This document shows, piece after piece, positions 40,912-53,808 of a DNA stretch of 63,536 nucleotides. Origin of the DNA: Octopus bimaculoides (Eukaryota); contig NC_068990.1 of the NCBI RefSeq assembly GCF_001194135.2, positions 61,881,217-61,944,752 of the forward strand, in the 5' to 3' direction. The notes under the pieces are model-generated. The model was not told the DNA's origin and did no database searches. It saw only the letters and a list, made by a program, of their open reading frames with translations. Every line of letters begins with the position of its first letter. The first letter of the stretch is position 1. Both the position numbers and the translations under genes were made by a program.

Positions 40912-41285
40912 TTAGGCATAGCTGTGTGGTAAGAAGCTTTCTCTCCAACCACATGGTCCAGAGTTATGTCTTCTGTTATAGCCTCAGACTAACCAAAGCC
41001 TTGTGAGTGGATTTGATAAGCAAAAGATGAAAGGAGCCTGTTGTATGTCTGTGTGTGTGTGTTTCTGTATTTGTACCCCATCACTGCTTAATAACTGGTG
41101 TTGGTGTGTTTATGTAACTGTAACTTAGTGGTTTGGCAAAAGAGACTGATAGAATAAGTACCAGGCTTGAAAAACAAAATAAGTACTGGGGTTAATTCGT
41201 TCAACTGAACATTGTTCAAGGTGGTGCCCCGGCATGGCCACAGTCTAATGACTGAAACAAGTAAAAGGTAAAAGATAAAGATAAA
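40912..41285 (+). mobile_element. SINE family A
   Basis: Homolog with (AAAGAT)n tail. Confidence 0.85.
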
Positions 41286-41499
41286 AGATGCCATAATAAG
41301 ATGTATCTTAGTTAGTGGGTGTAATGGAGTTTTGCAAACAGCCAAACTGAGGTTGACCAAGCTTTGACCTGGTCACCTTTTTCTGTTAACCAGAGCCGGT
41401 GTCTTCAATGTCTACAATGTTCTTTTGAATCATTCTGTTCTTACTCACATTGGTAATATCCAAGGTTCTACAGATAGGACAAAAACCTTTCACGAATCA

Positions 41500-41730
41500 T
41501 TTAAACTCATAGGGTCAGTTCCCCAGTTTCTGTGATGCATATAATCCCTGCTGGATGGGATGCCTGTCCATTGCAGGATTACTCTTTTCTGCCAGCTGAG
41601 TGGATTAGAGTAACATCAAATGAAGTGTTTTCCTCAAAAATGCAATGCATTGCCCAGTCCAGAAATCAAAACCACAATACTACTATCATGACTTTGACAC
41701 CACTAACCACTAAGTTATGCATGTCCACAG
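41500..41730 (-). mobile_element. Family C-related SINE
   Basis: Shares the CCAGCTGAGTGGA..AG...AAATGAAGTG core and a tRNA-like head. Confidence 0.6.
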
Positions 41731-42146
41731 GGTTTTATAGGAATTACTATGGGAACAACCTGATAGCCCTCAACTGCTCACGTCCTGTAGCATGCACCAA
41801 GCTATCTAACCTTTCATGCAATAGACTGTTACCAACTCCTGGTACTTGGCCCTCTTTCTCTCTTACACCTCTTCTATCCTCTCCTTTCACAATAGTTAAC
41901 CCTACTAAAATATTAGTAGAATACCTGATATCAGATTCATAGAAATGTTTTCCATATTTCTATAAGATTTTGTTACTGAAAACAAATACGTAATGGATAT
42001 TTAACAAATATTTCTTCTCCACAAAATCTTGATAGTTAAATGCCATAGAAAGTGATTCAATTAGATACACTGGGTTCCATGGATTGGTAAATGAATTCAT
42101 AATCTTTTGGTTGAGAATCCCAATACTCTACATAATCTGTCCTTAC

Positions 42147-42173
42147 CTTTATCTTTGAATTTTTGAAGAATCC
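42147..42173 (-). CDS. Candidate internal exon of an unidentified gene (GFFKNSKIK); alternative acceptor at 42215
   Basis: TTCTTCTTCCACATTACAG acceptor and AAG|GTAAGG donor; phase 0/0. Confidence 0.35.
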
Positions 42174-43239
42174 CTGTAATGTGGAAGAAGAATATACGAG
42201 AGTGCTGTGCCGTTTCTATGATACTTTAAAAGAGGAGATAGGTACATCCGCACAACTATTGTTAAAAGGTAAAATCAACAGGTTTTGGAAAAATTTATTA
42301 GTTTTTTTTTTTTTATCTAGATAATATAAACTTACAACAAAGGTAAGCAAAATGAAGTGAAACAGAGAAAGAGAGAGAAAGATTAATAGATAAATAGAAG
42401 GAGAGTACAGAGAGGAAGGAGGGAAGAAAAAAAAACAGATAATAAAAGTAAAATCAACATAAAAATATTTATGTGTATGTTTTTTTTCTTTAAATTTTTA
42501 TATTAGCATTTCTTTCTTGTTTGCTTCTTTGTTTTCTTTATTAATTTTTTTTCCTCAACTTTGACTGGTATCAATGTTAGAGAGTAATAACATCAGCTTG
42601 CAGCTGAAAACTATGTTTTAAAAGGTTAAAAATGCAAGGAAGAGCTACAGGCTATACATATGAATTACAANNNNNNNNNNNNNNGAAAAACTTGCACACA
42701 CACACGCACACGAAGGAAATAACAGAATGGGTTTGTTTTTTTATTTTTTCTTTATTTTTGTTCTAGTTTTAGTTTTTCTCCTTTTTTCATTTTTTTAATC
42801 AGTATTTTCCTGTAATTGATATTTTAGACAAGTCAAGTCTGAAGGAAGTTAAGCAAGAGAAAGAAACAAACCAGGAGTAATTTCGTGTGTGTGTGTGTGT
42901 ATGTGTGTGTGTGTGTGTGTGTGTGCGTTCGTGTGGTGTGTGTGCGTTCGTGTGGTGTGTGTATGGTGTGTATGCATGTGCGTGTGTGGCGTATGTGAAA
43001 CTGTATCTCTATGTGTGCTTCTCTATTCTATTTCTGCAATAAATATGTCTAGCTTTATGCGCAATGATTGGAGAGGATAATTAATTAATGAATTATGGTA
43101 AAACAAATTTTTGTAACCTCTTACATAATTTCCTATGGAAGGCAGTGATGTGGGTTCAGTTCTAACCATGTTCAGTCAAACACTTTCCCTTATGCATATA
43201 TGTACCAATACATAAACCCACACACACACACAAATATAA

Positions 43240-43457
43240 TATGAGGAGATGCTGAAAATTTGCTGACTTTAAGGGTATAGTGAAAGGCCTGGTTGGAAGC
43301 CCAACCGTCCAAGTTCTTTCACAGGGCTTAGAAAAACTGAAGGATGACTACATTACGTGTGTGAATCTGAGAGAGGAATATGTTGTATAAAATCATAATT
43401 AACTGATCCTTCTGCATTTTGTTTTATCCAAAGCCAGGAACTTTCCAGCACCCCCTC

Positions 43458-43460
<3 letters not shown>
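43240..43460 (-). mobile_element. Tc1/mariner-type MITE, copy 2
   Basis: Reverse-complement homolog of 1427-1682 with TA-flanked TIRs. Confidence 0.8.
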
Positions 43461-43488
<28 letters not shown>

Positions 43489-43658
43489 TGTATANNNNNN
43501 NNNNNNNNNNNNNNNNNNNNNNNNNNNNNNNNNNNNNNNNNNNNNNNNNNNNNNNNNNNNNNNNNNNNNNNNNNNNNNNNNNNNNNNNNNNNNNNNNNNN
43601 NNNNNNNNNNNNNNNNNNNNNNNNNNNNNNNNNNNNNNNNNNNNNNNNNNNNNNNNNN

Positions 43659-43707
<49 letters not shown>

Positions 43708-43711
43708 TTCT

Positions 43712-43921
43712 ATTGTTTTTCTTGTTTCAGTCATTTGGCTGTGGCCATGCTGGAGCACCGCCTTTACTCGAACATATCGACCAGAGGACTTACTCTTTGT
43801 AAGCCTAGTACTTATTCTATCCATCACTTTCGCTGAACTGCTAAGTTAAGGGGACATATAAACACACCAACATTGGTTGTCAAGTGATTGTGGGGGAGGG
43901 GAAAAACACAGACATACAAAT

Positions 43922-43954
<33 letters not shown>

Positions 43955-44115
43955 GATATAAACATACCTACACACAATGGGCTTCTTTCAGTTTCTGTCT
44001 AACAAACTCACTCACAAGACCTTGGTCAGCTCCAGGCTATAGTAGAAGACACTTGCCCAAGGTACCATGCAGAACCATGTGGTTGGGAAGCAAGCTTCTT
44101 ATGACACAGCTACTC
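43712..44115 (-). mobile_element. SINE family A
   Basis: Full-length homolog. Confidence 0.85.
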
Positions 44116-44189
44116 CTTCACACATATATAGTTTAAATTTACAAAAAACAAAAGATGAAGATAGGTGAGGGAACAACAAGCAGGTGTAT

Positions 44190-44705
44190 TAGCTTGACAT
44201 TTGGTGTCACATAAAAAGCACTCAGTACACTCTGGAAAAGTGGTTGGTTTTAGGAAGGGCATCCAGCCATAGAAACCATGATAAAACAGACAATGGAACG
44301 TGGTGTGATCCTTGGTCTTACCAGCTCTTACCAAACCCTCCAACCCATGCCAACATGGAAAATGGGTGTTAAATGAGTTTGATGGTTTATGTATATAAAC
44401 ATATATGTATATAAACATGCATAAACATATACGTATACAAACATATATAACGGACATTCTAATATATACAAAAGCGCTCATGTAGTGCCATGTAAAAGTG
44501 CCCATGTGGCATCATGTAAAACCACCCATGGGTGTCACATAAAAGCACCCAGCACACTCAGTCAAGTGGCTGGCATTAGGAAGAGTATCCAAACATAGAA
44601 ACCATGCTAAATCTGGTGCAGCTCCACAGTTTACTGTCTCTGGTCACACCACCCGACCCATGCTCCCATGCACAACGGATGTTAAATGATGATAATGATG
44701 ATGAT
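44190..44705 (+). mobile_element. Two SINE family D copies
   Basis: 44190-44380 and 44470-44705. Confidence 0.75.
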
Positions 44706-45145
44706 TATATATTATATACATACATATTGGGATGCTTATTATATAGATGTCACTTGAGAATCATTCTATAATTTTAAAAGTATTTTTATAACTTTTTTTT
44801 TTTTTTTTTTTTTAAGTTTCAGCTCAGAGCTGCGGCCATGATAATCTTTCCACACGATGACCACCAGAAATTCAGAGTGGTGACTTATGGCCAACTTGAA
44901 AGTCTTTGAGAAAATTATTGATAGGCACTCAGTGAGGCTTATTGCATACCTATTCGATATACATGTCTTGGATTGGAAAAATGCTCCTATAACGAGCGAC
45001 TGAAATATAACCAACCATTCGTTAGTGCTTTGGTTAATCAAAATATGTAACCTTTGTACTATGATTCAAATACATAGCTAGCCAGATTCCTGCATGAAGT
45101 GCTGTTGTGGCGATCGCCTATATTACATTTATTCCCTCAATTATC

Positions 45146-45174
<29 letters not shown>

Positions 45175-45179
<5 letters not shown>

Positions 45180-45310
45180 GGAAGAGTATCCAGCCATAGA
45201 AATCTTACTAAAACAGACAATGGAGACCAACAAAGCCTTCAAGCTAGTTAGATCCTGCCAAAGTACTCATCTTATCATGGAACACAAATGTTACATAATG
45301 ATGATAATGA
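45175..45310 (+). mobile_element. SINE family D, 3' part
   Basis: TTAGGAAGAGTATCCAGCCATAGAAA ... (GAT)n. Confidence 0.7.
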
Positions 45311-45380
45311 CCATGATATATATATATATCATCATCGTATATATATATATATATCTCATTATCATCTAATGTTATATATA

Positions 45381-45415
<35 letters not shown>

Positions 45416-46781
45416 GTATCTTGATCTAGATGTTGAAGTCAATTTAAGAAAAAAAAAAAAAATCTCAACAGCAAACTTAGAGCCTCAAACTAGATTCAGC
45501 CTCAAAAACTCTGCCCCACTAAACCCACTCTCTCTCTCTCTCTCTAAAGTTTCAAACAGGATTCAAAAATCCTTAATAAGGAAGCAAAGTGTAATTATTT
45601 ACTCTACAACTAAGATTACTACTTCTGAGTATGCATATTGTGGACACGGACACACACGCACACGCTTGCATGTGTGTGCGTATGTGTATGCGTTTTCATT
45701 TTTAGCTTAATTGTCTGACAAGCATTGATTGATTTGTTTTTAATAAAGTTCAAGCCGAGATTATATTCAGATTCTTTAGTCGTCTTCTCCATTGAAGTAA
45801 TGCTTTGTGAAACCACAGAGAATAAATTTTCAAGTAGCTGATAAGCCAACAATTGGAACATTTATGTGGTCACTGGACCAGCCAGAAATAGCAGCCAAAT
45901 TACCTTCTGGTCTCATTTTAATTCAATGTGCTCTTCACTACTTTTTTTTTAAAGATGACAACATAGTCCCTAACTGGCATAGATGGGATGATCACTAATG
46001 GAACACCTGAATCTGCTTGGTCAGATCTGGCTTAGAGCTAAGCAACAATAAAAATAACCAACAACCATATGCATCTCCTTAATTTTGGATTCATCAATAA
46101 ATGTTTTAATAAAGGACATACATCCACTAGATATGATGCCAGTCTATTTCAGGCAATAGTTAACTCTGAGTAAGAAGTTTTTGCAGTAGATATGACCCAT
46201 GTCAACTTCACCATTTTCAATTCAGTCCTAAAATAACTATAAAACAACAAATGTACTAAAAGGATGCTAGAAGTAAACAGAATGTCTAGTTTTTCTCAGC
46301 CATTAAGAAAACAGAAGGAATGAAGAATGGAAGAGAATTTCAGTTCTAAACTCTTGGTAATAGACAAGCAGAAAATTTCCTAAGAGAATTTGAGGAATTG
46401 ACCTCAGGAATTTAGCTAATTTTTCTCATGTGTTTTTAAACTATCATCAAATATAAATAATTAATTTAACATCAAGTTGTGAATGTAATTACATCATAAT
46501 AAATATATATCATTCTCTCTACTTAATAATGGCTGTGCAAATACTTGTATTCTCTTTTTCTATGTAGGAATTACAAATATTGCAACGATGCTTTGTAACA
46601 AAGAATTCTGCAACATTGCACTCTATACAGATATCATTAATGTAGTGTGCAGTCAGCTGAGAGTAGCTTTGGTGTAAGAAAACAGTGGTTACAATGCCAA
46701 ACATATATTCCTTAACAAAACTGCCTCCAACAGCTTCATCAAACTCATGTGACTAAGCTATCAGTTAAAGCTTTCTGTGTG

Positions 46782-46840
<59 letters not shown>

Positions 46841-48726
46841 CAAAGTAAATATCATAAGATAAATATAATATATATATATTCAAATTTCAGAGCACAACAC
46901 TGTCCTGCATGCACACAATTTGCATCAGTTAAAGTACAACACATGACTGCATGCATACAATGTGCATACATATGCATTTTAACAGAAACTAGTATTGATA
47001 TATAAATATTCAATATTTAGTAGCATAGATTTTTATTTTCTCTAATGCGTGCTAAATAAGAAGGCTATTGTCTTAGGTGTACCTTTACATATCTAAACAT
47101 ATCTAGTACCATGTTGTTATATACAAATACAACAAATAAGCTAAAATTTGTAAACATATTTCAACAACAGACCCACATTAAAAAAAAAACAACACTTTTT
47201 ACAAAATGACATTGGTGACTACATCAGTACTCAGTTCTAATATAATCTGGACTACTTGGTTAGAGATTCTGGGTTATGTTTGAAAGAACATAGTAAGTCA
47301 CAAAATCTTATAGTGCATGGAAAAAGGTTTACAGCAAACGTGTTATAACAGATTATAACACTGAAAAATTAGGCTCATTTACAAATATATATTCTTTGAG
47401 GATAACTGAATGCTTAGATTCGCTTTTTTTTAAATGGGTATCAGCAATATTCTTATAAGATATCTGAGAACTTTTGAAAAACAGTAAGTAAAGGGTTATC
47501 ATTATACTGGCCTTGTTTTTAATTCATTTAGTATATCCTAAAAGAAAAGGATGTCTCATCTCAGATATAGAAATAGCATTCCAATGATGAATGTATTTTG
47601 CCTTTCAAAAGGATCAAAAATATATCTTTACCATTATTGATCCTGCAAAGAAAGCAATGTGCTTTTGGCACTGTTAATTGCAATGCTAACATTATAACAC
47701 TTTCAGACAGCGTTACTTGAGACAGTTCGTTTTAATATGTGTAGTTGGAAGCTTGTCGCAGAAAGAGAGGCGTCTTTTTATTTCATGTTGCTATTAAATT
47801 ATTGCATTTCAATTGAAAATAATAAATGTCACAGGTAATGTGACTGAAGTTAGCAGTGGACAACATAATATTTGAAGGGAAGGTAGTGGGGGAAAGTGCG
47901 GTAATATTGCAGCTGAATTAATTAGGTTGGTAGTGACTGAATAGATATGACAGAAAATGGAACAGCTTCAAAGAGAAGACAAATCATTTCAAAGAAGCTG
48001 AAATTTATGAGATGCTATGGTGTCCAAACAAAAACATTTTGTCTTGAATGATTATGGAAATTTAGATATTTGCATCCGTTATTAGAAACACTTTTTTTAT
48101 AGCTAAATAGATTTCATAACACCCACCACTTCAGTTTAAAATGTTCCTTCATATATCTTAAAATAACTAGGCACAAAGATATATGAGAAACACCAACATA
48201 AAAATGGTAATATAAGCAACAATGGCGGCAGCCGACATGCTTCTTTATGCAAGATGAACAATGGAAAGCTCATCTGTTATGAGATCTTTAAAAGTTTTCT
48301 TCATAAGTACCTTTCACTAGCAGAATTGCCAAATATTATAAAGCCATCAGATTTGTCCAAATGAAATAGATTATACTTCAAGAGTATAGCATAAATATCA
48401 TTTGCCAAAGACAGTCTTCTGTTTCAAGACTTACTTTTCCTCACTACCTGGTGACTATCTTAGCTCAAATCAACTTTTGACCCAGAAACAGAAAAATGTG
48501 ATAAAATATGCATGCCTTTCAGATTTCTAATGATTGCCATTAAAACTTTAATACTCTTAGCAAAAAACTAATTAAAAAATGTAGTAAACAGTCTCAGTCA
48601 AATAAAGGTAACAAGTTAGTTTTTTTTTTCTTTTTTTTTGTTAGTGACTTTTTTTTTTCTTAGGGCATTTTTCATAGGAATCTGATCTTGGGTAATCTGG
48701 AAGGAGATACAAAAAACTTTATTGCA

Positions 48727-49165
48727 TTAACCCTTTTGATACCAATCCACCTGAAATTACACCTAGTTCTATGATACAGTCTTCCTATTTTAAAGTAATC
48801 TTAAAGCTTTCTGTCAAAATTTTATGTTAATTTACAAGGGTACTGAAAAGTTCCTGGCTTTCATAGTATCAGGAAAGGGCTGGTAGGAGGCCCAACCTTC
48901 TGAGTTCTTTTGACAGGGCTTAGAAACACTGGAAGACTTCTGCAATAAGTATGTGAATCTAAGAGGAGAATATGTTGAGTAAAATCATAACTGATCCTCC
49001 TGTATTTTGTTTTACCCATAGCCAGGAACTTTTCAGCTCCCCCTTGTATGTTCCAAACACCAGTTTACTAGACAAAGTTATTTTGTAAATCTTTTTCTTT
49101 ATTTTCAAAATAAACTGAAACCAAAGCAGTGTATTTCAACAGAAATATGTTAACAAAAGGGTTCA
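48727..49165. mobile_element. piggyBac-like MITE, family 1, interrupted by a mariner MITE
   Basis: TTAA-CCCTTTTGATACC ... TAACAAAAGGG-TTCA. Confidence 0.65.
48833..49048 (-). mobile_element. Tc1/mariner-type MITE, copy 3 (nested)
   Basis: TACAAGGGTACTGAAAAGTTCCTGGC ... GCCAGGAACTTTTCAGCTCCCCCTTGTA. Confidence 0.8.
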
Positions 49166-49454
49166 TTTGATATATTCTCTATTAACCGTTTGGGAAATGA
49201 AAACCTATGCCACTTCAACACTTGCATGTTGGAAAAATGTCTCGATAGAATAAGGATGTTAATATTTAAAACTTTGTAAAAATAGCAGAATTTCAATTGA
49301 CATAGAAAGAGTGTGTGTATGTGCGTAGGAGAAATGGATGGGGCATGTGTGTGTGTGTGTGTGTATTCTTTCCCTGACACAAAAGGGTAAGCGGATAGAC
49401 TGACCCAATCATCCTTTGTCAGTTAAATATATATAAAATAAACAATCAAATGTT

Positions 49455-49486
<32 letters not shown>

Positions 49487-50244
49487 TAGTAGTAGCAACG
49501 GCAACTGCAACAGCAGTAGAAGCAGAAGTAAACATTGTGAGAGACACTAAGATTGCTGATTCTATCATGCAACTAACATTGAATCCTTGAACTGATCAGA
49601 TAATAATAACTGAAATGCCCTTTGAAACTTCACTATAACCTGCTTTACTGATCGCCAGCCTTGTTTCAAGTTTTGTTCTACCTTTCATCTGCATAAAAAC
49701 ACAAAAATGAACTATCTACAGCTCTCTGATAAGTTTGTCAAATATCATAACATACTTATCTCTAGTATTTAAAAAACAAATACTGCAAAAGATCCCTGCT
49801 TTTTTTGTGCAGTCTACTTGAAGAACACAGAATAGTTTATATACATTAAAAATTATAAACAAAACGACATCTCCAAACTGAAAACTTTATATCGCTTTAA
49901 GAGCTATAATTTCATATTCTCCAAAAGAAATGTCACACATTTATCAAATTATAGAATAATGGAAATGGTAACCTCCAGATACTTAAGGCCAAACATTTGT
50001 TTAAATAACAAACCTGTCAAAGACAAACTTTTATATCGGAATCAAGCAGAACATTTTTATCTCTTTCAGAGAATAGGCGCAGGCGTAGCTGTATGGTAAA
50101 AAGTTTGCTTCTCAACCAAATGGTTCTGGGTTCAGTTCCACTGCAAGACACCTTCTACTATAGCCTTGGGCCAACCAAAGTCCTATGAGGGGATTTGGTA
50201 AATCGAAACTGTGGATAGTGGTGAGGGGATATACACGAAGGATG

Positions 50245-50278
<34 letters not shown>

Positions 50279-50289
50279 TACACATATAA

Positions 50290-50442
50290 ATATATAACAG
50301 TTTTCTATCTCCAGTTTGAAGAGAGCTTATATGTCCATGGTCATTGGAGTCTGATGAGTTGTCTATAAGGTTAAGCACTTTATGGATATGAAACCATTGG
50401 TCACTCTACGACTCGACATATTTAACCTCATATGATCTGCTA

Positions 50443-50445
<3 letters not shown>
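50290..50445 (+). mobile_element. Short hammerhead-bearing element inserted in (TA)n inside a SINE
   Basis: Shares TTTTCT..CTCCAGTTTG.AGAGAG and the ribozyme region with 21651-21855; flanked by (TA)n. Confidence 0.65.
50347..50406 (+). ncRNA. Type I hammerhead ribozyme with canonical core
   Basis: GAGT (stem I) - CTGATGA - stem II (TCTATAAGG/CTTTATGGA 9 bp including wobbles, plus basal G.U and U-A) - GAAA - CC ATT GG - TC (GUC triplet, predicted cleavage after 50402) - ACTC (stem I). All invariant core bases are present. Confidence 0.8.
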
Positions 50446-50495
<50 letters not shown>

Positions 50496-51304
50496 CTACA
50501 TACATGTATGTGTGTGTGTTTGTGTTTGTCCCCCACTACTGCTTGACAACCAGTGTCAATGCATGTATGTCCATGTAACTTTAGCAGTTCAGCAAAAAAG
50601 ACTCATAAAATAAGTAGCAGGCTGGAAAAAAAAACAAAAACCAAAGAAAAAATATGGTGGTCGATTCATTCGACTAAAAAAAAAAAAAAACTCTTCAAGG
50701 TGGTGCCCCAGCATAGCCACAAGTCTAACGATTGCAACAATAGATAAAAAGAATCTTCATTTCCCAATTTTACACCCTTAAACGCTTACATAAAATATAT
50801 CACAACAACACAACCCTGTGTGTGTATGTGTGCGTGTGTATGTGTGCGTGTGTACCAACTGCTCCACCAACAACAAACTATTATGCTGTAAACATCTTAC
50901 CAAGCCCACATACCTCCACCCTCACATAAATCCCTTCACCTGTACCATCTACACCGTTTTACAGCACATTACACCTGGATCAACTACTAGTTGTCAAACC
51001 ACTTCAAGCTACATTTGTTTCTCTCCCAAAACCTTGTAGTAACTACTAAACTAGCAATTGCACCAAAGAACTTTAATCCTTGTGTAATTGTCAAGCCCTT
51101 GTTCTCTGTATTAAATTGTGGGCTTGAGAATTCTTCAAAACAAAGAATGTCTCTCAACTTAACAAAGAAGCTCAGCCCTTCCGTAGTATACCTAATGGCT
51201 TTGGCAAGACTGTTGTTAGAAAACAATATGCACATAAAAACTGGTTTCCTTTAGGTGGGAGTTATTATTTTGTACTGAAGGAAAAAAAATGAAATAATAA
51301 TAAT

Positions 51305-51516
51305 AATGGTTTCAAATTTTGCCACAAGGGCAGCAAATTTGCAGGATGGGTATGAGTCAATTACATTGACCTTAGTGCTCAACTGGTACTTATTTTATCA
51401 ACCCCAAGAGGATGAAAGGCAAAGTTGACCTTGGTGGAATTTGAACTCCGAACGTAGTGACAGACGAAATACGTAAGTTTCACCCATCATGCTAACGATT
51501 CAGCCAGCTCACCACC

Positions 51517-51518
<2 letters not shown>
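51305..51518 (-). mobile_element. SINE family B
   Basis: Full copy flanked by (AAT)n. Confidence 0.85.
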
Positions 51519-51554
<36 letters not shown>

Positions 51555-51671
51555 CAGATAAGTATTAGAAAGTTGAAAAAGAACACATAGCATGGTACTG
51601 TAGGCTGCAGTTAGCAAGCCCCAATGCATGCAAGACTCCAGAAGTTCCAACAGAACCCGAGTTGAAAAGAA

Positions 51672-52080
51672 CAATAATAATAATTAATTCTTTTATTGGC
51701 CACAAGAGCTCACATAAAATTTCATTAAAAGACTTACAATAGCATAAAAGACAAAAGCAGGACGATACGAGTTTTACAATGTGTAAACAATATAAGTAAC
51801 AATTAAAAATTAAACAATTTAAAACTCCTAATAGGGGAGGTGCTTTAAGGACCTTGTGAAAAAACCCGCAAAAGCCACAGGTGCCTGAACAACAGGGCAA
51901 GAGCCCTTCTCCTTTTGTTTACAGGTGCACACTCAGAATTGGTCCTTTCACACTGGCCATTCTTCCAACATTCACCCACCTTTCAACAAACTTACTACAA
52001 GGCAACACTTCCCTCTCCACCCTCAACTTCCTTTTCAAGTGAAACTTGAAAAAGTTGATGAGGGCTTGGCCAAAGAGGTA
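51672..52080 (-). mobile_element. 3' end of an L1/Tx1-like LINE (ORF2 C-terminus plus 3' UTR)
   Basis: GQALINFFKFHLKRKLRVEREVLPCSKFVERWVNVGRMASVKGPILSVHL* ending at 51919, then about 230 nt of UTR, AATAAA near 51692-51697 and an (ATT)n tail. Confidence 0.7.
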
Positions 52081-52159
52081 AAATACCATTAAGCATTTCA
52101 TCCAGCGTGCTAACGATTCTTAGCAACAACAACAATAATAATAATAATAATTTAAGAAT

Positions 52160-52390
52160 TTAGTCATTAGACTGAGGCCATGGTGGGGGCACTGCCTTGA
52201 AGAATTTTTTAGTCAAATGAACTGACCATATTATTTAGTTTTTTTTTATTTAAAGCCTGGTACTTAAGGGAATGTAAACACACCAACATCAGCTGTCAAT
52301 GGGTACTAGAGGATAAACACAGGCACGAAGACACACACATACACACATATTCATACAGCAGGCTTCTTTCAGTTTCCATCTAACAAATCC
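52160..52390 (-). mobile_element. SINE family A, partial
   Basis: 3' half homology. Confidence 0.75.
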
Positions 52391-52394
52391 CCAT

Positions 52395-52599
52395 GGCCAT
52401 TTGATGTTTAAAAAATCCTATTATATTTTTCTAATTCAATATTAGGAATTGTATAAAAAAATAGAATTGCTAAAATATTTTATGTATTGTAGAAGTATAA
52501 CCAATTTATAAGGCACCAAAAGAGAATGTCTCTCCCCAGACACAACACAATTTATTGCAGATGAATTTTAACAACAAAATCTTCTATTGAGAACCACTG
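52395..52599. mobile_element. hAT-like MITE, partial
   Basis: Ends TGAGAACCACTG; interior matches 7280-7430. Confidence 0.5.
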
Positions 52600-53162
52600 A
52601 TCTACACTGATCTGAATACCCAGAATGCTGACTCTCTGCACCTTGTTTTTCATTTTCCCCTCATGCTCTCTCTGGACATTTCTACTCATAGGTATTCAAG
52701 AGACACATTAACTACATAGTCTTAGTTGTCTAAAATAACCTAAGAAAACCATGAATGAAACCTTCAGTCTAGCCCCCAGCAAAAAACCTCACACTTCATT
52801 GCTGATAGACAACTGCACATTTCCAATTAAATATACACCACACTATATTTCAAACTAAACCTCTAAGATGTCCATGCTCTAAGGCAACTTGATAATGTGG
52901 AAGTTAGTAAAAGTTAGTTAAGTTAACAGCGCAAGACTATGTATCTGCAAATCATTTTCTAAACTAGTTCATACTCTATGATATAACTTTGTAATATTTT
53001 TGAATAACTACAATTAAATCCAATAGAGTGTACATTTGTACTAAATCTATTTAATTATTTGATGCTCTATGCTAACTTACTTTCTAATTGAGTGTTTGAA
53101 TTACATGAAATGATAACAAGCTTCGCTAGGTTTTACTAAAGTGATTACTATCAAACTTATCT

Positions 53163-53297
53163 CTGTCAGGTGATTATATCCAGAACTGGATCACTGTAAT
53201 GTAATTATATCCATCACCAGATCGCTGTAAGGTGATTATATTCAATAGATCAGTATTAGGTGAGCATATTCAGTTATAGATTTGTGTAAGCTAATTT
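53163..53297 (+). repeat. Degenerate ~30-bp minisatellite, 4-5 units
   Basis: CTGTAAGGTGATTATATCCA....GATCA-like units in tandem. Confidence 0.7.
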
Positions 53298-53419
53298 TTA
53301 ACAGTAATTTATCTGAGTAATTACAGTTAGGGAGCTAACTAAGAAGGTTGTGTCTTTCTATAGACTTGTGTAAGATGGCGGTATCTAAGGATCTATGTGA
53401 GATGGTTGTATAGTGATAT

Positions 53420-53808
53420 AGATTAATGTGTGATAAGAAGATTTCTTCCCAGCTACATGGTTCCAGGTTCAGTTGCACTGTGTGGCACTTTGGTTGGCAT
53501 GAGGCTATAGTAGAAGACATTTGCCCAAAGACTGAGTGGATTTGGTAGAGATGGAAACTGAGAGAAACCCATCATGCGTGTGTGTGTGTGTGTGTGTTTG
53601 TCTCCCACTACTGCTTGACAAACAGTGTTGGTGTGCATACATCCCTGTAATTTACCGGTTCGGCAAAAGAGCCTGATAGAACAAGTACTAGGCTTGAAAA
53701 AACAAAAGTACTGGGGTCAATTTATTTAACTAAAAAATTTTTCAAGGCTGTGTTCATGTATGGCTACAGTCTAATGACTGAAACAAGTAAAAGATATAAA
53801 CGATAAAG
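53420..53808 (+). mobile_element. SINE family A
   Basis: Homolog. Confidence 0.8.

Larger units (their letters stand above)
50075..50745 (+). mobile_element. SINE family A with nested hammerhead element
   Basis: Head GGCGCAGGCGTAGCTGTATGG at 50077; insert 50290-50445. Confidence 0.85.

Noticed and set aside
44766-45041. 91-aa minus-strand ORF
   Set aside because: It ends in a poly-T/A tract with no recognisable domain; probably a repeat fragment.
48216-48252. YY1-like or start-like ACAATGGCGGCAGCCGAC
   Set aside because: The ORF stops after 11 codons and the motif is isolated.
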